From: a virus
Lineage: Duplodnaviria; Caudoviricetes
IMG/VR virus record: IMGVR_UViG_3300049048_000078
Span: 1-58,161 of that record
Reading direction: 5' to 3' (one strand)
Length of the DNA stretch: 58,161 nt
In this document: positions 35,644-44,997 of the stretch, one piece after another
Numbering within the stretch: position 1 is the first letter of the stretch
Layout: each line of letters starts with the position of its first letter
The notes under the pieces: model-generated
Database searches by the model: none
What the model was told of the DNA's origin: nothing
The model's input: only the letters and a program-made list of their open reading frames with translations
Program-made: the position numbers and the translations under genes

Positions 35644-36249
35644 TCATTGGCGTTGCCCCAGCAGATCCATCTGCCTCTCATCCTTCGGCTGCTTCAGCGC
35701 CGCGACTTCCCGTTTCAGCTGCTTGACCTCCAGCGCCAGCTCGGCGGTCCGCATCAGCGCCTTGTTGCTCATCTCCAGATCATCGAACCGGCGCGCGAAG
35801 CCGGCAAAGAGCATGGCATGCCGGTCCACCTCGGTCGGAGTGAACTCGGCATACACATCCCCCATTTCCCACTTCACCCGGCCATCGGGGAGCGGGGTCA
35901 GGCTCTGCACGCGCTCCGGCGGGTACAGGGGCACCACCTCGATGAGCCCGCCCCCGGCCTTGATGACCTTGCCGCCATCCTCCAGGCGCTTCACGCACTC
36001 GTCGATCTGCTCGTAGCTCAGGCCCGTGACCTCTCTAAGGTTCCGGCGGGTGATCAGACGGCCGTCGTTCGCCATCTGCAGGATGGTTTCCCAGACGATG
36101 GGGCCGATGGGCCGCTTCGGCTGGGGGGCTTCGATGGTCTCGATGGTGTCAAGGGTTTCGGTCATCATCATCTCCCGGTAAACTTCGGATTGCTCAGGTC
36201 CTTGACCGGGATTGCCGCCTTCGGGCGGCTTTCCTTTTTCTGGCGTCAT
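35644..36249 (-). CDS. Winged-helix / coiled-coil protein, candidate late-gene activator
   Basis: ITRRNLREVTGLSYEQIDECVKRLEDGGKV wHTH-like segment; Q-like position. Confidence 0.6.
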   Translation of the reverse strand: MTPEKGKPPEGGNPGQGPEQSEVYREMMMTETLDTIETIEAPQPKRPIGPIVWETILQMANDGRLITRRNLREVTGLSYEQIDECVKRLEDGGKVIKAGGGLIEVVPLYPPERVQSLTPLPDGRVKWEMGDVYAEFTPTEVDRHAMLFAGFARRFDDLEMSNKALMRTAELALEVKQLKREVAALKQPKDERQMDLLGQRQ

Positions 36250-36500
36250 GGCGTTCCCCCGCGCAGCTTCTTCAGCCGCTGGTATTCGGCAAAGACGGCC
36301 TTGTGCCCTGCCTCCGCGCCCTCTTCCCCGAACACCGCCACCAGTTCCCCTTGGTAGCCGGGCGTCCGCTGGCGGTCCTGCAGAGATCTCCAGAACTGAG
36401 GGCCGTTGGCCAGGGCGCGGACCTTGCAGCCTTGGCAGCTGCCGTGGTAGCCAGCCCAGACGGCATCGGTTGCGGCGCGGGTGCAGTCTGGACAGGTCAT
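36246..36500 (-). CDS. Small Zn-binding protein
   Basis: MTCPDC...CQGC; ATGA overlaps. Confidence 0.7.
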   Translation of the reverse strand: MTCPDCTRAATDAVWAGYHGSCQGCKVRALANGPQFWRSLQDRQRTPGYQGELVAVFGEEGAEAGHKAVFAEYQRLKKLRGGTP

Positions 36501-36985
36501 GCGGTGACGATCTCCACGTCGTGCGGCTGGCGGCGGCCTGCCAAGATGTCGTGAATTCGCTGCTCGGTTTTCCGGTGGGCGCGGATCATGGTTCGGGCGG
36601 AGAGGACCGCTATCACTTCGCTGTAGTCCTCCAGCACGGCTCGCACGGCCTGCATCCCGGTCCCCGAGAGCCGCAGCGGTCCGCCAGCCCTGTGGCGCTT
36701 GCCTGCTTCCGCCAGGGCGGTGATGGCATCCATCAGCAGGCCCTGCGCGTCCTCCACCTCTCCGAGCTCGATCAGCGTCTCCATCAGGTTCACGGCGTCC
36801 GAACACACGCGCCAGGCGCTGGTGTCCGGGTTGGGGTGCTGCTCCAGGTCGCGCAGACCATCCCACATGTTGGTGAGCTGGTGCGTGCGCCATTCCTCCG
36901 GCAGCGGCTCGGTGGGGCTGGCGCTGATTTCGTGCATCAGCGTGTAGTGCCGCGTGCGTGCGGCCGGGTGCTTGCGCTTCTTCAT
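36497..36985 (-). CDS. Hypothetical nin-region protein
   Basis: Start MKKRKH; ATGA coupling. Confidence 0.7.
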   Translation of the reverse strand: MKKRKHPAARTRHYTLMHEISASPTEPLPEEWRTHQLTNMWDGLRDLEQHPNPDTSAWRVCSDAVNLMETLIELGEVEDAQGLLMDAITALAEAGKRHRAGGPLRLSGTGMQAVRAVLEDYSEVIAVLSARTMIRAHRKTEQRIHDILAGRRQPHDVEIVTA

Positions 36986-37344
36986 GGCCGTGCTCCCAGT
37001 GCGAAGACGCTGTTGGGCTGCGTGCGAAGGGCCATGGCCACCGATTCGGTCGGCGTGTACACCGGAGCAGGTGGCCGCGGCGCAGCGGGGCGCGGGACGT
37101 GCACCGGTCGCTCTTGGATCTTGTCCCTCCAGCCTTCGACGGGCCTGTAGACCATGGGGCGCTGCGTGCGGTCCACGGTCATGAGGCGCAGACCCACGGC
37201 GCGACTGCAGTACTTTGCGGCGTTGCTCTTCTCGACTCCACCTTCCATGTGGGGGCGGATCTGGGGAGCGGTGGCTCCGCCCATGCTCTCGGCAATGGTG
37301 AGCACTTCGCGGATGCGGTCTCCGATGGGGCGGCCGGCGGTCAT
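36982..37344 (-). CDS. Hypothetical, possibly winged-helix protein
   Basis: Start MTAGRP; GGAGG Shine-Dalgarno. Confidence 0.65.
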   Translation of the reverse strand: MTAGRPIGDRIREVLTIAESMGGATAPQIRPHMEGGVEKSNAAKYCSRAVGLRLMTVDRTQRPMVYRPVEGWRDKIQERPVHVPRPAAPRPPAPVYTPTESVAMALRTQPNSVFALGARP

Positions 37345-37610
37345 GCGCCCTCCTTCTGGCCTCTGGCGCGGATGGCGTCGGCGCACTGGGCGGCAGCGGA
37401 TGGGGCAACCATGTGGAATGACCACTGAGCCCGGACGCTGTCACACACCTGCGCACACTCCTCCCGCTCCGCATCGGTGCCATCACGCAGCCCAGCTGCA
37501 TACGCCCGATGGAGGGCCGAAACCAGCTTGGGCACATCCTCGGTGGGCACCTGAATTCCAAGCTCTCTGGCAATCTGCGCTGCTGGAAAAGACTGTTCAA
37601 AGTGGCTCAT
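37341..37610 (-). CDS. Hypothetical protein
   Basis: AEREECA..C..CADAIRARG motif common in phage nin-like regions. Confidence 0.65.
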   Translation of the reverse strand: MSHFEQSFPAAQIARELGIQVPTEDVPKLVSALHRAYAAGLRDGTDAEREECAQVCDSVRAQWSFHMVAPSAAAQCADAIRARGQKEGA

Positions 37611-37632
37611 GCTTCCACCTCTTGACTGTTCC

Positions 37633-37839
37633 TCATACGCCTCCCTTCTTGCCTGAGACGCGGACGTCTGCAATGGAGGCCGCAGTAGCCATTGCGGCCC
37701 GCTCCTTTGTCGCAGCCTTCTCAGCCACCAGAGCGGCGAAGTCCCTGAAGCAAAGTCGGTCGCGCAAACCAAACGACTCCCAATCGAAGCCCGCCTGTTC
37801 CGCAAGTGAGACGAGCTCGGTCTCCGTGAACTCAGTCAT
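37633..37839 (-). CDS. Hypothetical protein, 68 aa
   Basis: GAGGA Shine-Dalgarno. Confidence 0.6.
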   Translation of the reverse strand: MTEFTETELVSLAEQAGFDWESFGLRDRLCFRDFAALVAEKAATKERAAMATAASIADVRVSGKKGGV

Positions 37840-37993
37840 CGCATTCCTCTATGTAGAAGTGATCGATATGAACTGCGGGGCTCCCGTCCAGGGCAGGTGT
37901 CTGCTTCTGCTCTAAAAACATCCGCAGCGCGTATTCCTCCGTTGGGTTTGCGGGCTTCAATACCAGTAAGCCCTTTTCAATTTCTGCTTTCAT
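37832..37993 (-). CDS. Unlisted hypothetical protein, 53 aa
   Basis: AGGAG Shine-Dalgarno; MKAEIEKGLLVLKPANPTEEY... Confidence 0.55.
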   Translation of the reverse strand: MKAEIEKGLLVLKPANPTEEYALRMFLEQKQTPALDGSPAVHIDHFYIEECDD

Positions 37994-38543
37994 AGTTCAC
38001 TCCTGAATTAATAGCTGCTTGCGCTTTCGTATCAAGCGCTGCCAGCGGAAACGGATACTTTTTCGGCCAGATCCCCATGGCGTGGATCTGCCGCTGTGTG
38101 TCGGCCACCCAGGCTTGCTCGATCAGGCGCCGGGCTTCCTTTCCGAAGAGCGCTCCTTGATCGAAAAGGCTGTGGCATCCACGCTGGCCCGGCCGGTCCG
38201 CGCAGAGGGGGAAGGTCTGCAAGTCGCAGGCTTTCATGGCCATGCCTTTGCCGCTGTTGGCGTGGGCGGCCTGGCTGAAACCCCAGATGCCGCAGTGCAT
38301 GCAGGGGAGCTGGGCCACCAGGCGGAGGTAGGCCTTGCTGCGGATGGGCGCATCCTTGGGCGCGGCGGCGGGCGTGGCAGCTATTGGCTGCGGCGCGCGA
38401 AAGGCCCCGGGGGCTGCGGTGGGTGTGGCGCGCACGCGGTCTGCGTCACGCGGCTCGCGGCGGGGTGCGCGGTCGCGAGCGCGCTGGGCCGTGGTGGGCG
38501 CGGCGCGCAGCCAAGCGGTGCGCTTTATGGGGGTGCGCTTCAT
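37977..38543 (-). CDS. Zn-binding HNH-like nuclease (DUF968/DUF1364-like)
   Basis: YLRLVAQLPCMHC..AAH..KGM..KACD...PLC...CH..FD. Confidence 0.7.
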   Translation of the reverse strand: MKRTPIKRTAWLRAAPTTAQRARDRAPRREPRDADRVRATPTAAPGAFRAPQPIAATPAAAPKDAPIRSKAYLRLVAQLPCMHCGIWGFSQAAHANSGKGMAMKACDLQTFPLCADRPGQRGCHSLFDQGALFGKEARRLIEQAWVADTQRQIHAMGIWPKKYPFPLAALDTKAQAAINSGVNYESRN

Positions 38544-38812
38544 TCGACACTCCCCACGTTGCCGCCGGGAATGGTGGGGTTCCACGGCCCAGGGATATGC
38601 CACGTCTCGGTCGGCAGCGGCATCATCGTCAGGAACTGCACATACGCCTCGCCGCGCTTGGACAGCCGCACGCAGTCCACATTGACCGGCTCCTGAACCA
38701 GCCCCTCTGCCCGGAACCAATGCAGCGCGTCGCTCGCCGCATGGCTGGGGTACGGGAATGGAGTCGGGCTGCAGTGGAAGTGCAGCATCATCTGGATTTG
38801 CAGCGGGGTCAT
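38540..38812 (-). CDS. Hypothetical protein, 90 aa
   Basis: ATGA-coupled at both ends. Confidence 0.6.
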   Translation of the reverse strand: MTPLQIQMMLHFHCSPTPFPYPSHAASDALHWFRAEGLVQEPVNVDCVRLSKRGEAYVQFLTMMPLPTETWHIPGPWNPTIPGGNVGSVE

Positions 38813-39354
38813 TCCTGCCCGCCCTTCTCCCGGTCAGCCAGCACGCTCTCCAGCATGGCACCACGGCGCGCGGGCGGCAGGTGGCCCCACAGCTTCTCCT
38901 GTGCGGCCGGGGTGCGCAGGTACGCCAGCATGGCTTCGTGCAGCTCCCGCATCTCGTCGTCGCTACATTTTTCGTAGCTGGTCGAGCGCGGCACGGCTAC
39001 CAATCCGCCCTTACCGTCATGCTCCCAGTTCACGAACGCGGCGCCCGTCTTCAACCACGCGCGCAATGCTGGGAGGTTCAAGAAGGCGTCCTGGCTATCA
39101 AACAGGCGCTGCTCGATGGCCATGTGGCGGCGGTGGAAGTCGCTGGAGCGCTCCACCAGGTTGTCGAGCTGGAACAGCTGGCCGGGTGCGGCGTTCCAGA
39201 AACGGGACCACAGGCGGCGCCAGCGGCCTTCGTTCTGCTCGTCGGCTCCACGGAAGCAGTCGAACAGGAAGCGGCGGATGATCGACCGCTCGAACTCGCT
39301 GAAGCCGTCCAGGGGGTGGCGCTTCACGAGCATGATGGATGCGGGTTTGGTCAT
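38809..39354 (-). CDS. DUF1367-like nin-region protein
   Basis: FHRRH..LRAWLK.GA..PRS.SY..CSDDE motifs. Confidence 0.65.
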   Translation of the reverse strand: MTKPASIMLVKRHPLDGFSEFERSIIRRFLFDCFRGADEQNEGRWRRLWSRFWNAAPGQLFQLDNLVERSSDFHRRHMAIEQRLFDSQDAFLNLPALRAWLKTGAAFVNWEHDGKGGLVAVPRSTSYEKCSDDEMRELHEAMLAYLRTPAAQEKLWGHLPPARRGAMLESVLADREKGGQE

Positions 39355-39866
39355 GCTGCGGACCCCTCCCAGTCCAAGTTGAACGTTGGCACGGCCTGGC
39401 GCTGGCCCGGGTGGTTCACGTCCCAAATCTTGGTGCCCATCAGCTGCGCCAGCTTCTCCGCGCACGCCCAGGTCAACCCGTCGTTGTAGGAGGTCTGGAC
39501 GAAGTACGGCAACTGCTCGGGCAGCATGTCCGGGTCGTCGTCCAGGATGGCGTAGCACTCCACCTTTGGGTGCGCTTCCAGCCAAGCCGCAATCTCCTTG
39601 CCACGCGGCCCCAGCATCTGCGGCGTCCGATCGAGCAACGGAATGCCCAAGGCGTTGCCGATCTCGCGCCATTCAGGATCAGCGCGCCAGGAACTGGAGA
39701 GCACCACCTGGGCGCCAGCGCGTGCCGCGATGCCGCGCACCAAGCGGACCGCGATCTCGTCGAAACGGCCTCGGTGATCGGCCGCGTGATGCGGCAGGCC
39801 GCCGTACGCCACCGCGCTCCGATGGCTGTTCAGCACGCCGTCAATGTCAAGAAAAATGACTTTCAT
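39351..39866 (-). CDS. HAD-family phosphatase (Swiss-Army-Knife RNA-repair-like HAD)
   Basis: FLDIDGVLN, VVLSSSWR, RG.EI..WL, YAILDD. Confidence 0.85.
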   Translation of the reverse strand: MKVIFLDIDGVLNSHRSAVAYGGLPHHAADHRGRFDEIAVRLVRGIAARAGAQVVLSSSWRADPEWREIGNALGIPLLDRTPQMLGPRGKEIAAWLEAHPKVECYAILDDDPDMLPEQLPYFVQTSYNDGLTWACAEKLAQLMGTKIWDVNHPGQRQAVPTFNLDWEGSAA

Positions 39867-40015
39867 GCAAGCACCTTGGAAATTCTGAAAAGGACACCGC
39901 CCAACTCGATCCGCTGCCCCACCCGGAAGAACAGAGGCGCAGTCCGCTCGCCGTCAATACGGACGGTGGTAGTGCGCCACTTGCCGCGGCCGGGGGGGAC
40001 GAGGATCAGGGTCAT
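39863..40015 (-). CDS. Unlisted hypothetical protein, 50 aa
   Basis: MTLILVPPGRGKW...; ATGA overlaps at both ends. Confidence 0.6.
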   Translation of the reverse strand: MTLILVPPGRGKWRTTTVRIDGERTAPLFFRVGQRIELGGVLFRISKVLA

Positions 40016-40476
40016 GCTTCGGTGGGCTCCAGCAGGTTCCCCTGCCCTTCACACATCAACTGCGCCGGCTCAATGACCACCAGCACGCGCGGCGTGTCGC
40101 TGAAACCCTTGCGGCATTCCCGGTACACAGCCACTTGGCTGTCGTCCACCCAGGTGATGCCGTTCAGGCCGTCCTTGATGGCCTTCACCACGTTGTCGAG
40201 GTCCGGCTTTTTGGTGTGCAACTCGGTGCCGGCGCGCGCGGCGGCCTGGCGCTTCTTCGGCCAGCTCGGCGGGATCGGAAAGAAGGCGTGCACCGTGAGG
40301 GCCACAGCGCCCTCCAGCGGCGGGCGGCCGGCCATGGCCTGCTGGCCGAAGATCGCGACGCGGGCCTCGTACTTCTCGGTCTTGGCTGGCGTGTAGAGGC
40401 GGGCGTGGCCGCCCACCATGGCGGCCCGGGGGCGGGCCTTGGCGACGGGGTCGCCGGGAATTTCGAACGTGACCAT
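40012..40476 (-). CDS. rusA: RusA-family Holliday junction resolvase
   Basis: KARPR, KPDLDNVVKAIKDGLNG..W.DDSQV. Confidence 0.92.
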   Translation of the reverse strand: MVTFEIPGDPVAKARPRAAMVGGHARLYTPAKTEKYEARVAIFGQQAMAGRPPLEGAVALTVHAFFPIPPSWPKKRQAAARAGTELHTKKPDLDNVVKAIKDGLNGITWVDDSQVAVYRECRKGFSDTPRVLVVIEPAQLMCEGQGNLLEPTEA

Positions 40477-40478
40477 GA

Positions 40479-41171
40479 TCAGCGGGCGTCCGATTCGAGG
40501 GCCGCGTCCTGCGCCTGGGCGTCGCTGTCGGCATTGCCGCCTTGGACGAACAGATCCTCAGCCGTGAGCTTCTGGGGCTCATCGGCGTCGAAGGGCATGG
40601 GGTTCTCCATCGGCTCGGCCGATTCCTCGACCTGCTCCACGGCGGGCGGGATCAGGCGGATGGCGATCAGGTCCTGCTCCAGCAGCGCCAGCTTGCCGCA
40701 GGTTTCCTGGTCCAGGCGGTCGCCCATGTACTGGCACTGCCAGCTCAGGTGCACCGTGCCGCCCTCCTTCGTCTCGATCACGCGCTTCACGACCTTCACG
40801 CAGTCGAAGACCATCTTGCTGCGCTCGTCGTTGAGGCCGTATTCGACTTCGAGCTCGTATCCCGCCAGCTTGGCCTTCTTGTCGTCCAGAGCGAACTTGC
40901 CGCCGTTGAGGCGCGGGAATTTCAGGTTCGGCAGCGTCTCCGGCAGGTCGGCGATCTCGACCTGGCCGTTGGCGGCGTCGTTGTTGCAGTACAGCGCCTC
41001 GCGCAGGCCGGGCACGATGATGTCCAGCGTGCTGTTGGGCACGTCGACCGACATATTCAGGTCGACCGCTTGGCGGTGATCGTCGCCGTGCAACTCCTTG
41101 CGGAAGTTGACGTGCGAGAGTGTGACGTCCGTGGGGGTGCGGAAGGCGAATTCGGATTTCTGGGTGGTCAT
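40479..41171 (-). CDS. Hypothetical acidic protein, 230 aa
   Basis: GAGGA Shine-Dalgarno; protein-like ORF. Confidence 0.75.
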   Translation of the reverse strand: MTTQKSEFAFRTPTDVTLSHVNFRKELHGDDHRQAVDLNMSVDVPNSTLDIIVPGLREALYCNNDAANGQVEIADLPETLPNLKFPRLNGGKFALDDKKAKLAGYELEVEYGLNDERSKMVFDCVKVVKRVIETKEGGTVHLSWQCQYMGDRLDQETCGKLALLEQDLIAIRLIPPAVEQVEESAEPMENPMPFDADEPQKLTAEDLFVQGGNADSDAQAQDAALESDAR

Positions 41172-41211
41172 CGGTCAGGTCCTCTCGGTGGTTGGGGTTG
41201 GTGGTTGGGTG

Positions 41212-42594
41212 TCAAAACTCTTCGGCGGGTGCGTGGGCGGCCATGGAGCGGCCCTTGCCTGGGCTGGCGCGGCTCAGCGGCTCGCCGCTGTCCGTCCATT
41301 GCTGGAATCCGCCGTCGAACGCCAGCGCGGCGCTGCCGATGCGGCCCTGGCGGTTCTTGGCGAAATCGGCTTCGACGACCTTGCCGCCGAAGTCGCTGAT
41401 GTGGTTCAGGCTCAGCAACATCACGACGTCAGCGTCTTCTTCGATGGCGCCGGACTCCTTCAGGTCGGAGAGCTGCGGCTTGCCGCCGATGCGCGCTTCC
41501 AGGCCTCGGCTGAGCTGGCTCAGCGCCAGCACGGTGATGCCGAGCTGCTTGGCCAAGGTCTTCAGCCCGCGGCTGATTTCCTCGATCTGGTGGTGGCGCT
41601 TGTCCTGGGTCTTGCGGGAGCCGCAGAGCTGGATGTAGTCCAGGACCAGCAACTTGATGCCGTGCTGGCGCACCAGCGCGCGGGCCTTGGCGGAGATGTC
41701 GGTCAGCGTCAGCGCTGGCTGGTCATCCAGGTACAGCGGCAGCTGTTGCAGCCGGTCCACGGCCTCGGTGAGGCGCGACCACTCGCAGTCCCTCAGATGG
41801 CCGGTGATGATGTTGTCCAGGAGGATCTGGCCCACGTTGCTGCCGATGCGGTCCATCAGGTCCGCCTTGGGCATCTCGAGCGAGAGGAACGCGGCGCCGT
41901 GGCCGGCCTGTGCGAGGTTGATGCAGAACTGCATGGCCAGCGACGATTTGCCCACGGCAGGCCGTGCCGCCAGGATGATCAGCTTGCCGGGTCGGAAGCC
42001 ACCGTTGAGCCGCTTGTTGATGCTGGGGATGCCGCAGGAAATGCCGGGCTCGATGTCGCCGCGATGCAATGCCTCGACCCGTTGGCTCAGGTCCAGGGCC
42101 ATGTCGCCCACGGGAACCGGCAGCTGCGCACCGCGGTTGATAGCCACGGCCTGCAGCTTGGCCTGGGCCTTGTCCAGGCGCTCGCCCACCGACAGCCCCG
42201 GCTCCACCGCGATGTCGCGCACATCGTTGGCGGCCTCCATGAGCCCGCGCATCAGCGCCCGCTCGGCGATCACTTCGGCATAGCGCCTCGCGCTGCCAAC
42301 GCTGAGCGCCGTCTGCGCGATGTCGTTCAAGCTGGCCAGCGTCACGTCTTCCGCCTGGCCGGTGGCCTGCAGGTGGACCAGCACGCTCACCACGTCGCAG
42401 GGCTTGCCAGCGATGACCAAGGCGCCGATCGCGGAGTAGATCCGGCCGTTGGCCTGGGCGAAGAAGTGCTTCGGCTCCAGCAGGTCGCCCACGGCATCCC
42501 ACACGGCAGGGTTCAGCATCAAGGCACCGAGGACCGCAGATTCGGCTTCCGGAGACCAGGGCAGCACGCTGGCGTCGAGGTCATGCGGGTGCAT
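41212..42594 (-). CDS. dnaB: Phage DnaB-type replicative helicase
   Basis: EAESAVLG, AARPAVGKS, SLEMP, DYIQL, LSQLSR, SDLKESGAIEEDAD, KNRQG. Confidence 0.93.
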   Translation of the reverse strand: MHPHDLDASVLPWSPEAESAVLGALMLNPAVWDAVGDLLEPKHFFAQANGRIYSAIGALVIAGKPCDVVSVLVHLQATGQAEDVTLASLNDIAQTALSVGSARRYAEVIAERALMRGLMEAANDVRDIAVEPGLSVGERLDKAQAKLQAVAINRGAQLPVPVGDMALDLSQRVEALHRGDIEPGISCGIPSINKRLNGGFRPGKLIILAARPAVGKSSLAMQFCINLAQAGHGAAFLSLEMPKADLMDRIGSNVGQILLDNIITGHLRDCEWSRLTEAVDRLQQLPLYLDDQPALTLTDISAKARALVRQHGIKLLVLDYIQLCGSRKTQDKRHHQIEEISRGLKTLAKQLGITVLALSQLSRGLEARIGGKPQLSDLKESGAIEEDADVVMLLSLNHISDFGGKVVEADFAKNRQGRIGSAALAFDGGFQQWTDSGEPLSRASPGKGRSMAAHAPAEEF

Positions 42595-43579
42595 GGCTGG
42601 CCTCCTCCTGCTGCTGGCGCTGCGCCTGGCGCGTTTCGAGCACCTGCTTGCGCTGCAGGCCCTTCGACGACCACTGCACGCCGTTCTCAGGCGACACGTG
42701 CCACAGGCCAAACCAGCTGTCCTTCACGCTGTTCGCGAAGGTGGCGGCCCAGTCCTTGTACTTTTTGCCGCGGTACTGCGGGTCCTCGGTGTAGCGCTCC
42801 TTGAACGCCACCCAGGCGATCTGCAGCATCTCCTCGGTGATCCCGGCATCGGCCGCCCAGGCGCGGATGGCGTGATCGTCGGGAACGGCCTTGACATGCT
42901 GCTCCCGGCAGTTGGCAAGGTACGTCGCCAGGGTGATCAACTCGCGAGCCGTGCGCTTTGCAGGAGCGGGAGGGGGTGGCGGCGCGTCGACGCCCCCCTC
43001 TGAACGAAGTGAAGAGGGGTTATTACTCTTCTCTTCTCTTCTCTTATCTGTGGTGACGCCGTCACGTGACGCGTCACGTTTTTCTGTGACGGCGTCACGT
43101 GACGGGGCTTGTGACGACGTTGCGGATTCCGCTTTAAGGCGTTCCCGGTACTCTTTGGCGCGCTCGGCCTGGGTCTTTGCCTTGGTGGAACGGCTTTCCT
43201 TCACGGTGTTGTGCTCGTGAAAGTTGGGGAAGCAAACCCCGTCTTCGGTCTCCACCAGCCAGCCTACGGTCTCCATTGCGTGTCCGAAGCCGGGCACGCC
43301 TGCCATCGCGTCGACCTCGAACAACGTTGTTTTGTGCAGGATTCCGTCTTCTGCAGCGCACTCGTTGACCATCGCCCACAACGGAACCAGAGCCCCGACC
43401 GTGACGCGCGTCACGACCGTCACGTGACGCAGCGTGACGGCGCGTGACGATTCGGGTGTGACGTCGGTGTGGCCATACCAGTCCAGAAAATCGGGATCGG
43501 CCAGCAACGCGCGAGCCATGGCGATGACCCTTGGGTTGGTGGGTAGGCTGCCACGCATGCGAATCCAGGACTCAGCCAT
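42581..43579 (-). CDS. Replication initiator protein (lambda O-like role)
   Basis: MAESWIRMR..L...P.V, FPNF.EHN, DKRREEK, KKYKDW.ATF; upstream of the helicase; contains iterons. Confidence 0.8.
   Translation of the reverse strand: MAESWIRMRGSLPTNPRVIAMARALLADPDFLDWYGHTDVTPESSRAVTLRHVTVVTRVTVGALVPLWAMVNECAAEDGILHKTTLFEVDAMAGVPGFGHAMETVGWLVETEDGVCFPNFHEHNTVKESRSTKAKTQAERAKEYRERLKAESATSSQAPSRDAVTEKRDASRDGVTTDKRREEKSNNPSSLRSEGGVDAPPPPPAPAKRTARELITLATYLANCREQHVKAVPDDHAIRAWAADAGITEEMLQIAWVAFKERYTEDPQYRGKKYKDWAATFANSVKDSWFGLWHVSPENGVQWSSKGLQRKQVLETRQAQRQQQEEASHAPA
43021..43116. repeat. Probable replication origin: pyrimidine/AT tract plus iteron cluster 1
   Basis: (CTCTT)4 tract followed by eight GTGACG/CGTCAC hexamers. 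Confidence 0.7.
43401..43463. repeat. Iteron cluster 2
   Basis: Seven GTGACG/CGTCAC hexamers, three at 10-bp phasing. Confidence 0.6.
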
Positions 43580-43883
43580 GAGACAGACCCCTCTCCGCTT
43601 CCAGCCGCGCCACCACAGCCGGAGAGCGGCCCTTGATCAGCTCGACCATGCGCGCTTGGTGCCGCGTTGCCGATGCATGCGCGTCGAAGTTGCCGGTGCG
43701 AGACCACACCGACATCTCGACCTGCAGCATCAGGCCTTCGACCTGGATCAGCCATTCGCGCTCTTGGTCGACTGCGGACAGCGGCATCGCGTCGCGGCCG
43801 AAGTCAACGGCCAGCACGGGCGCCACGTGGGGCGCGGGTTGCCCTGGATCGAGCACCAGGGCCGACGTGAGGGTGGTGTTCAT
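43572..43883 (-). CDS. Hypothetical protein
   Basis: Start MNTTLT; ATGA overlap. Confidence 0.65.
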   Translation of the reverse strand: MNTTLTSALVLDPGQPAPHVAPVLAVDFGRDAMPLSAVDQEREWLIQVEGLMLQVEMSVWSRTGNFDAHASATRHQARMVELIKGRSPAVVARLEAERGLSHG

Positions 43884-44806
43884 AAAGCCATCCTTGCTTT
43901 GCGCTCGACCGCCGCTTTGCGGTCCAGCCGTTGGCGTCGCGTCTTGGGCGCCTGGGCGCTCACAGCGAATTCGGTATCGGCGAAGAGGCCGCCTTGCGGT
44001 GCCTGTGCGGAATGGACAGCCGAGGCATTCCACGTCCGTTCGGACTCGCTCCATGCGTCCATTTCGGCCTGGAGCGCCGGCAGTTCAGAGAAGTCGCAGC
44101 ACACCACCTCGCAGATCGGGCTAACGCCCTTCCACTCGCTGACGTAAATGGAGGTGTCGATGCCACAGCTCGGCTGCATGTCGATGCCGGTCTGTTGCCA
44201 GAACTTGCGGCACTTGTCGGTCTCTTCCTGGCGGTAGCACTGCGCGCCCGAATAGCGGAACGGCGCCGACATCTGCGGCAGGATGAACACGCCGTACTCG
44301 GCCACACGCGAGGCGAGCTCGATCACCTTGTATTCAAACTGGCCACCGGTGTAGCGCCCCTTGAACTCGTCGCCTTTGATGGCGCCGAAGGGGGGATTGC
44401 TGATCGCGAAGGTGTAGCGGCCCAAGTCGGCCTTGAACACGTCGGATTCGATCCAGTGAGCGGATGGCATCACGCGCTTGCCCACCACCACGTACTCGTG
44501 GCAGAACTCGACGCAGGTGATGTCCATGCCGCGGTACTCGCAGGCGAAGGACAGCATGCCGATGCCGGCGCACAGATCAACGATGGAGCAATCGGCGCCC
44601 CGCGCGTAATCAACCTCGATGGACAGGTCGCGCGCCAGGTCGAAGGGTGTGAAAAAAGCACCCGCCAGAGCATTGAGCTGGCCTTGTGCCTCAAAGTAGT
44701 TGTCCAGGATGAACTTGCGCTCTTCCCAGGTCAGCGACTTGTCGCTGTGCACCAAGTCCATGGCCTGCAGGTGCAGCTTGGACTGTTGCTTCGTGAGCTT
44801 GGTCAA
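43880..44806 (-). CDS. Orphan amino (N6A/N4C) DNA methyltransferase
   Basis: FFTP, DLCAGIG (SAM binding), ISNPPFG (catalytic). Confidence 0.88.
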   Translation of the reverse strand: MTKLTKQQSKLHLQAMDLVHSDKSLTWEERKFILDNYFEAQGQLNALAGAFFTPFDLARDLSIEVDYARGADCSIVDLCAGIGMLSFACEYRGMDITCVEFCHEYVVVGKRVMPSAHWIESDVFKADLGRYTFAISNPPFGAIKGDEFKGRYTGGQFEYKVIELASRVAEYGVFILPQMSAPFRYSGAQCYRQEETDKCRKFWQQTGIDMQPSCGIDTSIYVSEWKGVSPICEVVCCDFSELPALQAEMDAWSESERTWNASAVHSAQAPQGGLFADTEFAVSAQAPKTRRQRLDRKAAVERKARMAL

Positions 44807-44997
44807 GCTGCCACCTCTTCCACGTGCCGCGCCAAGTGCAATTCAGCCTCGCGCTCCCGGTACGCCTCGTTGAAGGTGTCCCAGTTCTTCGAGCCGATGC
44901 AGTAGTCATTGGCCTCTCGGACAGGAATGTGCTGCTCGGCTGCAGCGCGGGCTGCGGCCTTGATGTCGTCGTCGGTCAGCAAGCGGATATGGGCCAT
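44803..44997 (-). CDS. Hypothetical protein, 64 aa
   Basis: Coupled at both ends. Confidence 0.65.
   Translation of the reverse strand: MAHIRLLTDDDIKAAARAAAEQHIPVREANDYCIGSKNWDTFNEAYREREAELHLARHVEEVAA

Noticed and set aside
37607-37636. 9-codon ORF (MRNSQEVEA) coupled at both ends
   Set aside because: Most likely a deletion remnant that preserves translational coupling
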